A DNA stretch of 62,191 bases from Candidatus Parvarchaeum acidiphilum ARMAN-4 (GCA_002412065.1 GG730049.1:1-62191); one strand, 5' to 3'. Counted from the first letter of the stretch, positions 20,044 to 30,661 are shown. Translations and numbers: made by a program. The notes: a model not told the origin generated them from the letters alone.

Positions 20044-21297
20044 ATGTCAGTTTTAAGTGTACTTTTAGCCAATGGGGATAATTTACTTTTAACAATACTA
20101 ATACTTTTGGCCTTTGGTTTGTTCGTAGTAATAGAAAGAAAAAGGTTTGATGTAGAAGGCAAGGTAGTATTTCTTTACAAAACAAAAATTGGACTGAAGC
20201 TTATGAAAAGGATGGCTAAGTTCAAAAGAATTATTAATATTTATTCCACAATAGGAGTATTCGTTGCTTTAGCAGGTATTGCTTTTGTTCTTTACTTGTT
20301 TATCCCTTATCTTTATTTGATGATAACCAGCCCAACTACTACGTTTCCGGCTGTAGCACCACTTTTCCCAGTTTCAATTTCTGTTGGAGGCATACCAGTG
20401 CTAATCGGTGTTCCAATACTTTATATATTAATTGCTATAATCTTACTTGCAGCATTGCACGAAGCTTCGCATGGAGTGTTGGCATTATCAAAAAATATTA
20501 AAATAAAATCCACAGGTTTTGGGTTCTTATTTGGGGTCTTACCACTTGCATTTGTAGAACCAGATGAAAAGAAAATAGTAAAAGCAAAACGAATAGATCG
20601 ATTAAGGATATTCTCTGCCGGGGCATTTACAAATGTTGTTTTAGGGTTTATTTTTTTAGGAGCATATCTGGCGCTATCTCATTTCATAGTTTCGGCAAAT
20701 ATGATCTCTTATTCTCCATATTACCTAGATGTATCAACAGTAGTGAATAGTAGCCCAGCAAGCATTGTGTCTTTGCCAGTAAATTCAACAGTTTCTGAGA
20801 TAAATGGGCATAAATTTTATTCAGAACAGGAAGCACTTTCCGACTTGAATGTAAAACCGGGTCAGTACGTTAATTTTACTCTAACTAATGGAAAGGTTTA
20901 TTCTATGAGAACTACATACAACTCATCTATAAACAACACATATCATAGTTATATTGGTGTAGGGGGATTTTTCTCACTAGCAAAGCCACCTGCGTTTATA
21001 ATTGAGCCAATCTCTGTTACAGCTTTTCCAAATAATACTTTTTCATCGCAATCACTTTATTGGATAGATGGACTTTTCCTTTGGCTTTGGGTTATCTCTT
21101 TCAGCCTTGCGATAGTAAATATACTTCCTTTATCCTATTTAGTTGATGGTGGTAAAATATTCTTTGATGCTTTAGGTTATGTAGTTAAAAATGAAAAGAA
21201 AGCCTTAGCAATTCTTAATACCGTAGCTTTCTTATTTATACTGCTTTTGGTTCTTTTAAGTCCAATAGGCTCAATAATATTTGCATCTTTAAGATAG
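20044..21297 (+). CDS. Site-2 protease family (M50) membrane zinc metalloprotease
   Basis: HEASHG (HExxH) within a transmembrane segment; central PDZ-like soluble region; multiple transmembrane segments. Confidence 0.7.
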   Translation: MSVLSVLLANGDNLLLTILILLAFGLFVVIERKRFDVEGKVVFLYKTKIGLKLMKRMAKFKRIINIYSTIGVFVALAGIAFVLYLFIPYLYLMITSPTTTFPAVAPLFPVSISVGGIPVLIGVPILYILIAIILLAALHEASHGVLALSKNIKIKSTGFGFLFGVLPLAFVEPDEKKIVKAKRIDRLRIFSAGAFTNVVLGFIFLGAYLALSHFIVSANMISYSPYYLDVSTVVNSSPASIVSLPVNSTVSEINGHKFYSEQEALSDLNVKPGQYVNFTLTNGKVYSMRTTYNSSINNTYHSYIGVGGFFSLAKPPAFIIEPISVTAFPNNTFSSQSLYWIDGLFLWLWVISFSLAIVNILPLSYLVDGGKIFFDALGYVVKNEKKALAILNTVAFLFILLLVLLSPIGSIIFASLR

Positions 21298-21463
21298 AGC
21301 ATATCATACATTAATGCTTATTTCTTACTTAAGCTATCCAATGCTGTAGAAAGAATTCCTTCAAATAAAGATTTATGGCTTAATATAGGTTATCTGAAAG
21401 AGAGCTATCCAAAAGTCTATACCAAATAAAAAGTTATTAATACCTCTAAATATACAATTATTA

Positions 21464-22312
21464 ATGGAGAAATCTATCCTGCTTGTAATTACTGCAGTAG
21501 TAGTTATTGTGGCTATGCTTGTTGTGGTTGTATTTGCAATGCACTTTTTAAAATCCGCAGGTGTTAGTGCGCTGTCTTCTTTCTCTAATTTAACTAGCGG
21601 TGCATCAATGTTTGCTGCTTCTTCTAATTTATATAATACTGCTACTTCATTTAATCAATCTTACAATTTTTACTTTTCACCAGCTCCAACCGGCGTTTCC
21701 AATTTATCTAATATTAACGGTACTTTTTGGATAGCAAAATACAATAATCTTTTTAGAGGCTCATTTGAGTATGAAACCCGCCTACCATCTATATCCACAA
21801 AAATAACTGCGTCGCTAATCTACAATGGTAGTGAGATTATTGTGTGCAATAAGCAAATTTTCGTGAATGATACGCCTTTAAACAGTACAATGGCTGCTTC
21901 GTTAGCATCGATAAATTCGAGACCAACGGTCTGCAATACTTCCTACTTAAATGGAGCAACACCCTTTGATGTAGCTGCTAGTTTTGCTGTAGCCCCTTTT
22001 AGCGTACTGTCACTCAATTCTAATTATAGTAGCTTCGTAAAAAGTTTTGCCAATTCAACTATAAAGTTTTTAGGCACCAATACTTATCTTGGTGAAAATT
22101 GCTATTTGGAAGAGCTTACACCCAAAGTTAATCCGGCTTCAGGTTTGTCTTTATTTGATTGTGTATCAGCTAAAAATGGTCTCCCGCTCTCTATAAAATT
22201 TGAAATAAATAACTCTATTGCTATAAAAAGTAGTTTATCTGCAATTAATTCAGCACCGACTAGTCAAGCGGCAATAACTAATTTGCCTCTAAATGCAACT
22301 ATAGGCAGTTAA
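21464..22312 (+). CDS. Secreted/surface protein, S/T/N-rich with many sequons
   Basis: N-terminal transmembrane/signal segment; low-complexity Ser/Asn/Thr-rich body. Confidence 0.35.
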   Translation: MEKSILLVITAVVVIVAMLVVVVFAMHFLKSAGVSALSSFSNLTSGASMFAASSNLYNTATSFNQSYNFYFSPAPTGVSNLSNINGTFWIAKYNNLFRGSFEYETRLPSISTKITASLIYNGSEIIVCNKQIFVNDTPLNSTMAASLASINSRPTVCNTSYLNGATPFDVAASFAVAPFSVLSLNSNYSSFVKSFANSTIKFLGTNTYLGENCYLEELTPKVNPASGLSLFDCVSAKNGLPLSIKFEINNSIAIKSSLSAINSAPTSQAAITNLPLNATIGS

Positions 22313-22409
22313 ATTTGTGTGATTAGTTATATAAAGAACCATATAATAACCTAATAGGTATACTCCTTAAATAGAAAAGGTTAAATCCTAAGTTTACGAT
22401 ATACACTAA

Positions 22410-23057
22410 ATGGCAGCGAAGAAAAAGCTTAATACTGTAAAAAAGATGAAAAAGAAGATCTCAAAAGTCAAGACTAAAAAGACAAAAAAAATAGCAGTAA
22501 AAAAAGTAAAAAAGATAGTAATTGATACTAAGAAACTTTTGAAACTAGATGAAGCAAGGAAATATGTAATAGACATTGCAGGTGAGAAAGGGCTTGAGGT
22601 ATTTGAATTTCTGATTGCAAATGGAGAAATGGAAGAAAATTTTCTTGCAAAAAAACTTAAATTTGAAAAGGCTAATGCTATAAGAAAATTCTTATACAAA
22701 CTTTACAACAAAAATCTAGTTTCTTATAGAAAAGTTAGGAAGAACAATAAAGCTTGGTATACCTATTTCTGGAGTGCAAATTCAAGCAAGTTAGTTTTTA
22801 TAATAAAAGGTATGTATGAAGATGAGATAAAGCAGACTAAGAAATCAATGGAACTTAATAAAGCTGAAGACTTTTACGTGTGCGATATCTGTAATAGAAG
22901 GTATGACGTAAATGAAGCGCTTCAAAATGATTTTAGATGTAAAAATGATGGAGGAGTGCTTACACACCTAGAATCAGAAAGAATATTAGAAGATAAACAG
23001 AGCAGAATAGACTTTCTTAATAAAAAGTTAAATGAGCTAAAGCAATTGGTTAAATAA
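22410..23057 (+). CDS. tfe: Transcription factor E (TFE/TFIIE-alpha homologue) with lysine-rich N-terminal extension
   Basis: Winged-helix region (EENFLAKKLKFEKANAIRKFLYKLYNKNLVSYRK...WYTYFW) and zinc ribbon CDICNRRY...CKNDGG. Confidence 0.75.
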   Translation: MAAKKKLNTVKKMKKKISKVKTKKTKKIAVKKVKKIVIDTKKLLKLDEARKYVIDIAGEKGLEVFEFLIANGEMEENFLAKKLKFEKANAIRKFLYKLYNKNLVSYRKVRKNNKAWYTYFWSANSSKLVFIIKGMYEDEIKQTKKSMELNKAEDFYVCDICNRRYDVNEALQNDFRCKNDGGVLTHLESERILEDKQSRIDFLNKKLNELKQLVK

Positions 23058-23060
23058 AGC

Positions 23061-23351
23061 TTAATTTACACCCTGTAAAACGCAATCATAATTTAGGTTT
23101 ATTTCATTAGTATTTGAACATACTGTTGAAGAAGCAGAACTAACTGCTGCGCAGGAATATCCAAAGCTTGCATTTTCACTTATACATACGTTGCTTGTAA
23201 TTGTAGAATTAGCTATTATATGGTGGCATTCAAGCTCGCATATTCCTATTGCTATCTGTCTATGATTTTCGTAAGGATTAGTATAGAATAATGCCGCTAT
23301 TATTATCAATACTAAAATTACAATCAATACCGCATAATAACCTTTATCCAT
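23061..23351 (-). CDS. Small Cys-rich membrane-anchored/secreted protein
   Basis: N-terminal transmembrane segment and 8 cysteines in 96 aa. Confidence 0.3.
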   Translation of the reverse strand: MDKGYYAVLIVILVLIIIAALFYTNPYENHRQIAIGICELECHHIIANSTITSNVCISENASFGYSCAAVSSASSTVCSNTNEINLNYDCVLQGVN

Positions 23352-23422
23352 AGCTTTTAAACAATATTTTATGTCTAACTTTATATAAAAAAGCGTTTAA
23401 AATGCAAAGATGTTAATATCTT

Positions 23423-23827
23423 ATGGCAAAAAGAGTTTCGGCATTAGTGATAAAAGGAAATAAGGTCTTAATGGTAAAACTTAAGACTCAAGATAAGTAC
23501 ATGCCAAGAGCAACGTGGGTGTTTCCTTTTTTGGAATTAGATGAAGATAAAAGCCCAAGAAGAGAGATAATCTCCCTTATACAGAAATTTGGTATAGAAT
23601 TTAATCTTACTGGAAAGGTGTTTAAGTATTATCCTAGCGAAAACCCTAAGCTACTTTATTTTCTTTATGTAATGGAACATCTAAATGGAGAGCCTGAAGT
23701 GCTATCGTTTTTTCAAAGTTATAAATGGGTACCTATAAGTGATATAACCTCATATTCAACTTCATTTATGGACAACAATGTTTCAAGATTTTTAGAAGAA
23801 AAATCAAAGGAATATAATCAAAACTAA
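23423..23827 (+). CDS. NUDIX-fold-like protein (degenerate Nudix box)
   Basis: The start pattern RVSALVIKGNKVLMVK...WVFPFLELDEDKSPRREI resembles the Nudix fold, but the box is not canonical. Confidence 0.3.
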   Translation: MAKRVSALVIKGNKVLMVKLKTQDKYMPRATWVFPFLELDEDKSPRREIISLIQKFGIEFNLTGKVFKYYPSENPKLLYFLYVMEHLNGEPEVLSFFQSYKWVPISDITSYSTSFMDNNVSRFLEEKSKEYNQN

Positions 23828-24498
23828 ACGTACATGTTCTGTTCTTCTTCCTTTCTAGGCGCTTGACTTACTTTCTTTAATATATTATTTATTTGGCCGA
23901 TGGTCTTTTTGTATTCTGATATTAATTCAGATGTATCTACTTGTATATTTACAAGCTCTTCTAAGACTGATATCAGTGCAGCTGCAGCCATACCATCTGG
24001 GATTTCTGCATGCGTTTCAGCCATTAAAACGACAAATGGTATCTTTATATTTCTAGTTTTATGTGCTAAATACGAATTAAAGCCCATCATTGCGCCTTCA
24101 GAAAGTTTATTGCAATTTTTTATCTCTTTCTCATTATAATTGCTTGCAAAGTAAACTTCGCTCTTTTCCTTTGCTTCATCAATTGCAAGTCCATCCAATG
24201 CTATAATTTGATTTGCCTTCTTCTCTTTGTATATTTGAATTATTTTATCAGAAAGTTCATTTATTGCCTTTAACGGCAAAGGTATTTGAGAGGTTATCAC
24301 AGTAAAATCTTTACCCTCTAAAATTCTAATAGGGGAAAGTAGATCTCCATTCTTAACAATAGCAAATTGTGAAAGTTCTTCAATATCAATTCCACCGATA
24401 TCCTTTACAATTCCTTTTTCTTCAAGAAATTTCGCTGCTAGTATAGATATGAAACCTGCGGTTTGAAAAGCTGTTATTACCTTATTTTTTTCTGCCAT
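23824..24498 (-). CDS. PAC2 (proteasome assembly chaperone 2)-like protein
   Basis: Size and N-terminal pattern (ITAFQTAGFISILAAKFLEEKGI) resemble the archaeal PAC2/COG1938 family. Confidence 0.4.
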   Translation of the reverse strand: MAEKNKVITAFQTAGFISILAAKFLEEKGIVKDIGGIDIEELSQFAIVKNGDLLSPIRILEGKDFTVITSQIPLPLKAINELSDKIIQIYKEKKANQIIALDGLAIDEAKEKSEVYFASNYNEKEIKNCNKLSEGAMMGFNSYLAHKTRNIKIPFVVLMAETHAEIPDGMAAAALISVLEELVNIQVDTSELISEYKKTIGQINNILKKVSQAPRKEEEQNMYV

Positions 24499-24540
24499 TA
24501 TTATTACTATACCTGCACATTTAAATAATTGTCTTGTATA

Positions 24541-25365
24541 TTACAGTCCTATAACAGAAAGAATTGGAATGTAATTTAAGTATATAAGTACAGTCATTAT
24601 TACAGGAATTACGAAAAAGATTGCCCAATAAACCTTGTTCCATCTCCAAACCTTGTATCCATCAAGACCTATAAATGAAACAGAACCAAGAGGCAACATA
24701 TTAAACGCAGCCAGATAAAAGCTTATAAATGTCCCCAGACCGGTAACAATGTAACCAAAAGTAGTTAGCAAGTTTGTTACATTAGAGCCAACAAAAAGAT
24801 AAATTAGAAAGAATAAAGCTAGAAATACAAATCCAAATACTATATCTATTGTTGGGCCTGCTAACGAGATCTTTCCATATCTCTCGGTAAAACCTTTTGG
24901 ATCAGTATAAGGTTCATGAGGATCTGGTTCAAATATAGTTGCACCTGGTAATGCAAATACAAATCCTATAAGCAATGCCATAACAACCGCTAGTATTAAA
25001 AAGAAGGGAAACATCCTAAACTGCGCTTCATAGCCATAACTTTGGGCAACGAATTTGTGCATTAATTCATGCATTATGAATGCCGCGCCTAGAACTATAA
25101 AAGAGGCTAAGAAATATATAAAAAAGATGTAGTTTTCAACAGGATAAATAACCACTGCAAAAGCGAAGCTCAATGCAAGCCATGCTAGCATTATATCCTC
25201 TACTTCCTTTAAAGAAAATCTAGACACAAAATTCTTGAATTTTTTTTGTGTATTTTGAGTGTATCCAAGATTTGATTTAAAGGGTATAAACTCCCACGGT
25301 TTCTTTTTTCGGTATATCTTTACCGATGGATTTCCCCGTTTTATAACCTTTACTTCTTTTTGCAT
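24541..25365 (-). CDS. M50-like membrane zinc metalloprotease
   Basis: HELMHK (HExxH) in a transmembrane segment; polytopic membrane protein. Confidence 0.6.
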   Translation of the reverse strand: MQKEVKVIKRGNPSVKIYRKKKPWEFIPFKSNLGYTQNTQKKFKNFVSRFSLKEVEDIMLAWLALSFAFAVVIYPVENYIFFIYFLASFIVLGAAFIMHELMHKFVAQSYGYEAQFRMFPFFLILAVVMALLIGFVFALPGATIFEPDPHEPYTDPKGFTERYGKISLAGPTIDIVFGFVFLALFFLIYLFVGSNVTNLLTTFGYIVTGLGTFISFYLAAFNMLPLGSVSFIGLDGYKVWRWNKVYWAIFFVIPVIMTVLIYLNYIPILSVIGL

Positions 25366-26144
25366 ATCTCTATCCTTAGCATTTCATCATATATATCTTC
25401 TAGCTCAGATATCTCAAGATAGAAGACTTTTTTCTTTAGTTTTTCTTTATACTTAAATTCGAGGAGTTTTTGTCTTAAATCATCTTTTGACTTTAAATTT
25501 AGTTTTCCTCTGCTAGCTATAAGTGCAGAATATAAGTTTTTCTTTTTATGTTGGAAAAGAAGCCTTGCAAATTCTAAAAAATCTTCGTTTATACTAATTT
25601 TTTTTGGTGTTACCTTGAGTAATATAGACTCAACTGCAGGTCTAGGCCTAAATGCGTTTTTACTAACCATTGAGACTAGTTTTATATTACAGGTATATTG
25701 AGTAAATACCGATATCATAGAATAATCCCTTATTCCAGGGAATGCTAACATCCTTTCCCCAAATTCTAACTGATACATCAAAACTGCTAATCCATCTTTT
25801 TTATTGTTTAAGAAATAGATTATCTTCTCAGTTATTGGGGAGGAGATTGCATATGGCAAATTTGAGATTATTTTGTTTGCATCATCTGGAAATTCTAAGT
25901 CTAGTGCATCACCATTAATAAATTCTATATTTTTATTATCTTCAAGCAAAGTTCTTGCGGAGTCAAATAGATTTGTGTCTAACTCTATTGCGTATACTTT
26001 CTTTACATAAGGCGCAATATGCTTTGTTAATCTGCCATCTCCAGAGCCTATCTCTATAACTACATCTTCGCTATTAAGATCAGATGCTTGTATTATTTTT
26101 TGGAAGACCTTTTCATCTCTAAGGAAAACTTTTGTGTTATTCAT
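25350..26144 (-). CDS. ksgA: 16S rRNA (adenine1518/1519-N6)-dimethyltransferase KsgA/Dim1
   Basis: EIGSGDGRLT SAM motif and ISNLPYAISSPI motif. Confidence 0.85.
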   Translation of the reverse strand: MNNTKVFLRDEKVFQKIIQASDLNSEDVVIEIGSGDGRLTKHIAPYVKKVYAIELDTNLFDSARTLLEDNKNIEFINGDALDLEFPDDANKIISNLPYAISSPITEKIIYFLNNKKDGLAVLMYQLEFGERMLAFPGIRDYSMISVFTQYTCNIKLVSMVSKNAFRPRPAVESILLKVTPKKISINEDFLEFARLLFQHKKKNLYSALIASRGKLNLKSKDDLRQKLLEFKYKEKLKKKVFYLEISELEDIYDEMLRIEICKKK

Positions 26145-27280
26145 ACCAATATCTTAATTACTTGATTGTTCTTTACAGGAGAATCATTTTTTATTTTTAA
26201 TCCTGTTTTGCAATCTATAGCCCCTTTATAGTTTTTAGCTACATCAGTATGTATCATAGCTGCGACATCTCTCGGAGTAGCATCCCTCTCCACAAGATAC
26301 GCATCTGGAAGAACTCTACCAAATCCATCTGTAAGTTTCTTTTCATCTTCTACCGGAAAGACCACTTTGTAACCCTTTAATTCAAATACTAAATGATTTA
26401 ATGCTTCTTTTACTCCTGTGCTACCATATTTTTTTATTATGTTATCTATTATGTTTATTGCTTTTTCTTGTTCGCCACTTAATTCTTTTGTTCTTTCAAG
26501 CTTTCCATCTTTAAAGTGTACAAATCCGTTCTTTTCTGCTTCTTTTATTGTTAATTCTGCAGCAGCAGAGCAAGCCATAAACTCATAATCGAATTTTTCC
26601 TTTAGTTTTTCAATCCTTTTATCTAAATCTGGAACAGCATCCATCTTATTGCATAGAATTAGCATTGGTTTGTCTTTTTTCATCATTAAAGAAGCCATTT
26701 TTATTGAGGTTTCATCATTTATTTCTTTTATCGCAAGTTCTTTTACCACTTCTTTTACAGTTGAATATTTTATATTTATCCCAGATACGTTTTTGAATAT
26801 TACGTCTGAAATGTCTTCTTTTCCCAAATATCTTGATCTTGAAATTATTGATGCAATCCACCTCTTTATCTCATTATCTACCATCTCTACGTCGATAGCT
26901 GGGTCAAAATCTTTTGTTTTGTTGCCGCTTGAATCGGTATTTCCAGAGATATCTATTACCTCTATTATTGCATCTGCTTGCATTATATCATTAAGAAATT
27001 TGTTTCCTAAACCCTTTCCTTCGCTAGCGCCTTCAACTAATCCTGCAACGTCAATTATATTGATTGGGACAAACCTGATACCATCAATGCAAGGAGCATT
27101 GTGCGGAGTGCATTTTACATTGAAGTCTTTCTCAGGGCATATTACATTGACATACCCAACTCCTTTGTTTGGTTCTATAGTTGTAAAAGGCCTATCTTCT
27201 ATCTCAACTTCTTCAAGGGTAAGTGCCTTGAAAAGCGTGCTTTTTCCAACGTTAGTCCTTCCAATGATGCCTATTTTCAT
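26141..27280 (-). CDS. Obg-like GTPase/ATPase, archaeal YchF-type with C-terminal TGS-like domain
   Basis: G1 GRTNVGKST, PFTTIEPN, G3 DVAGLVEGA, GLGNKFLNDI and G4 NKMD motifs. Confidence 0.8.
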   Translation of the reverse strand: MKIGIIGRTNVGKSTLFKALTLEEVEIEDRPFTTIEPNKGVGYVNVICPEKDFNVKCTPHNAPCIDGIRFVPINIIDVAGLVEGASEGKGLGNKFLNDIMQADAIIEVIDISGNTDSSGNKTKDFDPAIDVEMVDNEIKRWIASIISRSRYLGKEDISDVIFKNVSGINIKYSTVKEVVKELAIKEINDETSIKMASLMMKKDKPMLILCNKMDAVPDLDKRIEKLKEKFDYEFMACSAAAELTIKEAEKNGFVHFKDGKLERTKELSGEQEKAINIIDNIIKKYGSTGVKEALNHLVFELKGYKVVFPVEDEKKLTDGFGRVLPDAYLVERDATPRDVAAMIHTDVAKNYKGAIDCKTGLKIKNDSPVKNNQVIKILV

Positions 27281-27630
27281 AATATTAATATTGCAGTTCC
27301 AATTATTAAAGATGGGACTAGGAAAGTAACTATATAACCGAAGGTTCTTTGTAAATCAGATTTCTCTGCGTTATAAAGCGCAGAAAAGCAAAGGTTGAAT
27401 AGCATTATAACTGCCGAAATAATAAAATAATAACTTCCATAAAAGTATAATACTAAAGATATTACGGCAAACTCTACAATCATAAGAGGATAAGAAAAAA
27501 TCTTTTCCGCCCTGACCTTTTTTGCCAAAGTTTCTATTTCCTCTTGTGTAGAAATCCCTATAAAATATCCTAAGATAATGGCAATCGAAACTATTACGTT
27601 TAATTCTATTTCTTGTAAGATTAAAATCAT
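27277..27630 (-). CDS. Small integral membrane protein
   Basis: Four hydrophobic segments; no family recognised. Confidence 0.3.
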   Translation of the reverse strand: MILILQEIELNVIVSIAIILGYFIGISTQEEIETLAKKVRAEKIFSYPLMIVEFAVISLVLYFYGSYYFIISAVIMLFNLCFSALYNAEKSDLQRTFGYIVTFLVPSLIIGTAILIL

Positions 27631-27674
27631 ATCTAATTATTATCGCTTGATTATTATTTAAATATATAAATTTA

Positions 27675-29258
27675 GTGGATTATAATGCAAGCAAACATGC
27701 TGCAAACGCTTTAATGGAACAACTTATGAACCAAGATGAAATAAATATAGAAGAAGAGCAGGGATTAGTTGCTTCAAACAGTGTTTATGGCCTTCTTCGT
27801 TCTGGATCTAAATTCTTTGTTTCTTCTCTTATAAGTGTTCTTCTTGTAAGGTTCCTTGGGCCTACAAATTATGGTTATTATACTATAGTAGTCCTCTATT
27901 GGGGTTTTGCTTCAACTATAGCAGGACTAGGTATAAATTCTGCTGTTCAATATGCCATATCTAAATATCGTGCACAAAATTCGGCTTCAAGGTTGATTTG
28001 GGCAGTAAAACATTATTTCGTTCTAGTAATTGTTTCCTCTTTAACAGCTTCAATAGTGTTATTCTCTCTTTCAGGTGTCATAGCTTCAATTTATCACTCT
28101 GCGGAAGTCGGATATCTTATACAGATACTTGCTTTTGGTTTAGTCTTTTATTCTATTTCAGGTAATTTTACTGAGCCTTCTTTTATAGGATTTCAGAAGA
28201 TGAATAACAGCTTTATAACTGGTGTGTTATATGATTTTCTGCGTATAATACAGCTGGTTGTAGTCTACTTGGGATTTGGATTGATAGGCGCAATAAAATT
28301 CTATGATGTAGTTTATCTTGTAACTGCTACGGTAGGTCTCTTTCTTTTGTATAGATCTATCAAAGGCTTCCCAAAATCAGCAACGCCCGAAAAAGAAGAT
28401 TTAAGTCATTTCTACAGCTACAGAAACTTTTCATATGTAATAGCTGTGATATCTCTTTCGTATGGCCCAGTGATAGCTTTGTTCCTTGGCGCAGTTGCTC
28501 CAAATATATCTTCCGTTAGCTTTTATAGAGTAGGGTTAATAATGGCAGGTATGCTTGGGTTGCCGGCTGCTGCAATTGGTTCAGCTTTCTTTGCATCAAT
28601 AACTAAATTTTTTGAAAAGAAACAATTTGGGGGGTTTTACAGTCTTCAACATACTGTAATAAAATACTCTTTTCTTCTTACTTTTCCCCTTGTTGTTGCT
28701 TCTATAATCTCTGCGCCAAAATTAATATCTTATCTTTATAAAGCTAGTTTTATAGGTGCGGAAACTCCTTTTATAATCCTTCTTGTGCCTGTGCTTATAT
28801 CCAGTGTATTCGGCCCAGTTACTCAGGTGTTAAGTGCAACTGGAAAGCAGAAATATGCAATGTATTCTGTTGTAACCGGAGCAATTGTCGGAATAGCTCT
28901 TACTATAACATTAGTTCCAATTTTATATGCAGTAGGGGCAGCGTTTGCTTATTTGGCAGTTACATTGTCTACTTTAACAGTTAATTTAATACTAGTCTCT
29001 AGATATATCAAAATAAAGTTGCCATATTTGGACCTTCTAAAAACTACATTTTCCGCGGCATTAATGGGCATATTTTTGTACTTATTATTAATGTTTATAA
29101 AAAGGTTAGCTTATTTGCCTCTTCTTTTGATTGCATCATTAGCTTTCTATGCTTTAGTATTGTATGTTACTAAGGTTATAAGTAATAGGGAGTTAAGATT
29201 TATAATAAAACTATTTAAAGCCGATAAATTTGTTAAGATGTTCTATAAAAAGTATTAA
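27675..29258 (+). CDS. MOP-superfamily oligosaccharide/polysaccharide flippase (Wzx-like)
   Basis: About 12-14 transmembrane segments; GTG start; LVRFLGPTNYGYY pattern typical of polysaccharide biosynthesis proteins. Confidence 0.6.
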   Translation: MDYNASKHAANALMEQLMNQDEINIEEEQGLVASNSVYGLLRSGSKFFVSSLISVLLVRFLGPTNYGYYTIVVLYWGFASTIAGLGINSAVQYAISKYRAQNSASRLIWAVKHYFVLVIVSSLTASIVLFSLSGVIASIYHSAEVGYLIQILAFGLVFYSISGNFTEPSFIGFQKMNNSFITGVLYDFLRIIQLVVVYLGFGLIGAIKFYDVVYLVTATVGLFLLYRSIKGFPKSATPEKEDLSHFYSYRNFSYVIAVISLSYGPVIALFLGAVAPNISSVSFYRVGLIMAGMLGLPAAAIGSAFFASITKFFEKKQFGGFYSLQHTVIKYSFLLTFPLVVASIISAPKLISYLYKASFIGAETPFIILLVPVLISSVFGPVTQVLSATGKQKYAMYSVVTGAIVGIALTITLVPILYAVGAAFAYLAVTLSTLTVNLILVSRYIKIKLPYLDLLKTTFSAALMGIFLYLLLMFIKRLAYLPLLLIASLAFYALVLYVTKVISNRELRFIIKLFKADKFVKMFYKKY

Positions 29259-29282
29259 ACTTATCACAGTATTTGTATTGTT

Positions 29283-30062
29283 ATGAAACTTAATGTAAAG
29301 GCAGTTGATCTTGAATTCGAGGAAAATGAAAGAAAACTCTTTGCAGACGGCAAGGAAATACCTTTCTCTGTGCGTAAAGTTAGCGAGATGAAAGATGTCC
29401 TATTTAATAAGGATTTTATAAACACAAAAAATAAAAATGACATACTATATAGGATGTACCGGGCCGCAGGAGTAGAAAAGAATGCTACTGTATTCTCTGC
29501 GCATAATATCAGGTATGATGTCACAGTTATTGAAAACTATGATCTTGGAGGGGAATTTACAAAGACATTAGGGCATTATCATCCTATTGTTGACAATGGA
29601 CTTGCATATCCAGAATTATATGAGGTATTAAGTGGCGAGGCCGTATACTTACTCCAGAAAAAAAATGATAATGGCAGTTTTGATTTAGAGCTTGTTCATG
29701 CAAAAGCAGGGGATAAAGTTATAATGCCCCCAAATTATGGGCATTTCTCTATTAATGTTGGGAAAGGCTTGCTTATAGAAGCGAATTTGGTTAATTCTAC
29801 TTTTAATTCCGATTACAAGTCTGTTCAGGCAATGGGAGGAGGGGCACTTTTCATGCTTAAAAACGGTAATATAGTGGTAAATAAAAATTATAAGGAAACG
29901 ACGCTTAAACACAGTGACGCAGAGAAACTACCTTTTCTTGATTATTCAAAAAGCATATATGATGAATATATTGCTCACCCAGAACATTTTATTTTCTTAA
30001 ATAAACCGGAATTTTTGCTTTGGAAGCATGATTCTTGGGATATAAAATCGCAAGCTTTTTAA
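29283..30062 (+). CDS. Cupin-type glucose-6-phosphate isomerase (archaeal cPGI)
   Basis: TKTLGHYHP...PELYEVLSGEAVYLLQK...GDKVIMPPNYGHFSINVG matches cupin PGI metal-binding motifs. Confidence 0.6.
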   Translation: MKLNVKAVDLEFEENERKLFADGKEIPFSVRKVSEMKDVLFNKDFINTKNKNDILYRMYRAAGVEKNATVFSAHNIRYDVTVIENYDLGGEFTKTLGHYHPIVDNGLAYPELYEVLSGEAVYLLQKKNDNGSFDLELVHAKAGDKVIMPPNYGHFSINVGKGLLIEANLVNSTFNSDYKSVQAMGGGALFMLKNGNIVVNKNYKETTLKHSDAEKLPFLDYSKSIYDEYIAHPEHFIFLNKPEFLLWKHDSWDIKSQAF

Positions 30063-30109
30063 GTCGAAAGCTTTAATAATAAGTAATAATTTCTCTATAT
30101 ATTTAAATT

Positions 30110-30661
30110 ATGGCCGAAGATGATAAACTTAAAAGAATCGAGCAGGAAGCTTCCAAAGAGGAAAGAAAGATAGAGCAAGAAATCAAAAAAGAGGAAGCTC
30201 AGGTCAAAAAAGACGAAACAGAGCTAAAAAAAGAGGAAGGGAAAATAAATCTACTGAAAAAAGAATCAGAAAAATTAGAGCAGGTAAAAGAGGAAGTTTC
30301 TAACAAAAAAATCAGCGAAGTAGAAATAGAATTAAATTTATCAGGTTTCAAGACTTTTGTCAATACAGCTTATTATATACTAATAAAGAAAAGGGTCTTA
30401 TTTTATATACTTCTTATACTTGCAGTGACAGTAGGCTTTGGTAGTTTTATACCAGGAGGTTGGTATATACATACGGCAAGCATCCCTGCTTTACTGAATC
30501 CACTTCAGTCAAACTCTCCTTTAATAGGAAATAATTACTTAGGTATGGGAGGTTCTCTTTCTGGTCTAGATCCGTATACCTTTTACATACAAATGCAGAA
30601 CGTCCTTAAAACAGGTAACGTTCCGGCAATAAATCATTTGGAGTACTTACCGATAGGTTAA
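30110..30661 (+). CDS. aglB: AglB/STT3 oligosaccharyltransferase, N-terminal fragment (charged coiled-coil, TM1, first external loop); ends at in-frame TAA
   Basis: GLDPYTFYIQ...NHLEYLPIG resembles STT3 external loop 1. Same frame as ORF 30683..33310, with no other stop between them. Confidence 0.65.
   Translation: MAEDDKLKRIEQEASKEERKIEQEIKKEEAQVKKDETELKKEEGKINLLKKESEKLEQVKEEVSNKKISEVEIELNLSGFKTFVNTAYYILIKKRVLFYILLILAVTVGFGSFIPGGWYIHTASIPALLNPLQSNSPLIGNNYLGMGGSLSGLDPYTFYIQMQNVLKTGNVPAINHLEYLPIG

Noticed and set aside
26649-27329. Long antisense ORFs, for example 26649..27329(+), 14818..15177(+), 22406..22699(-), 48390..48943(-), 11870..12205(-) and 33303..33611(-)
   Set aside because: They lie opposite well-supported conserved genes (YchF, DHH, TFE, RNR, PCNA, cmk) and have low-complexity Ser/Phe/Ile-rich translations. 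They are shadow frames typical of AT-rich DNA.
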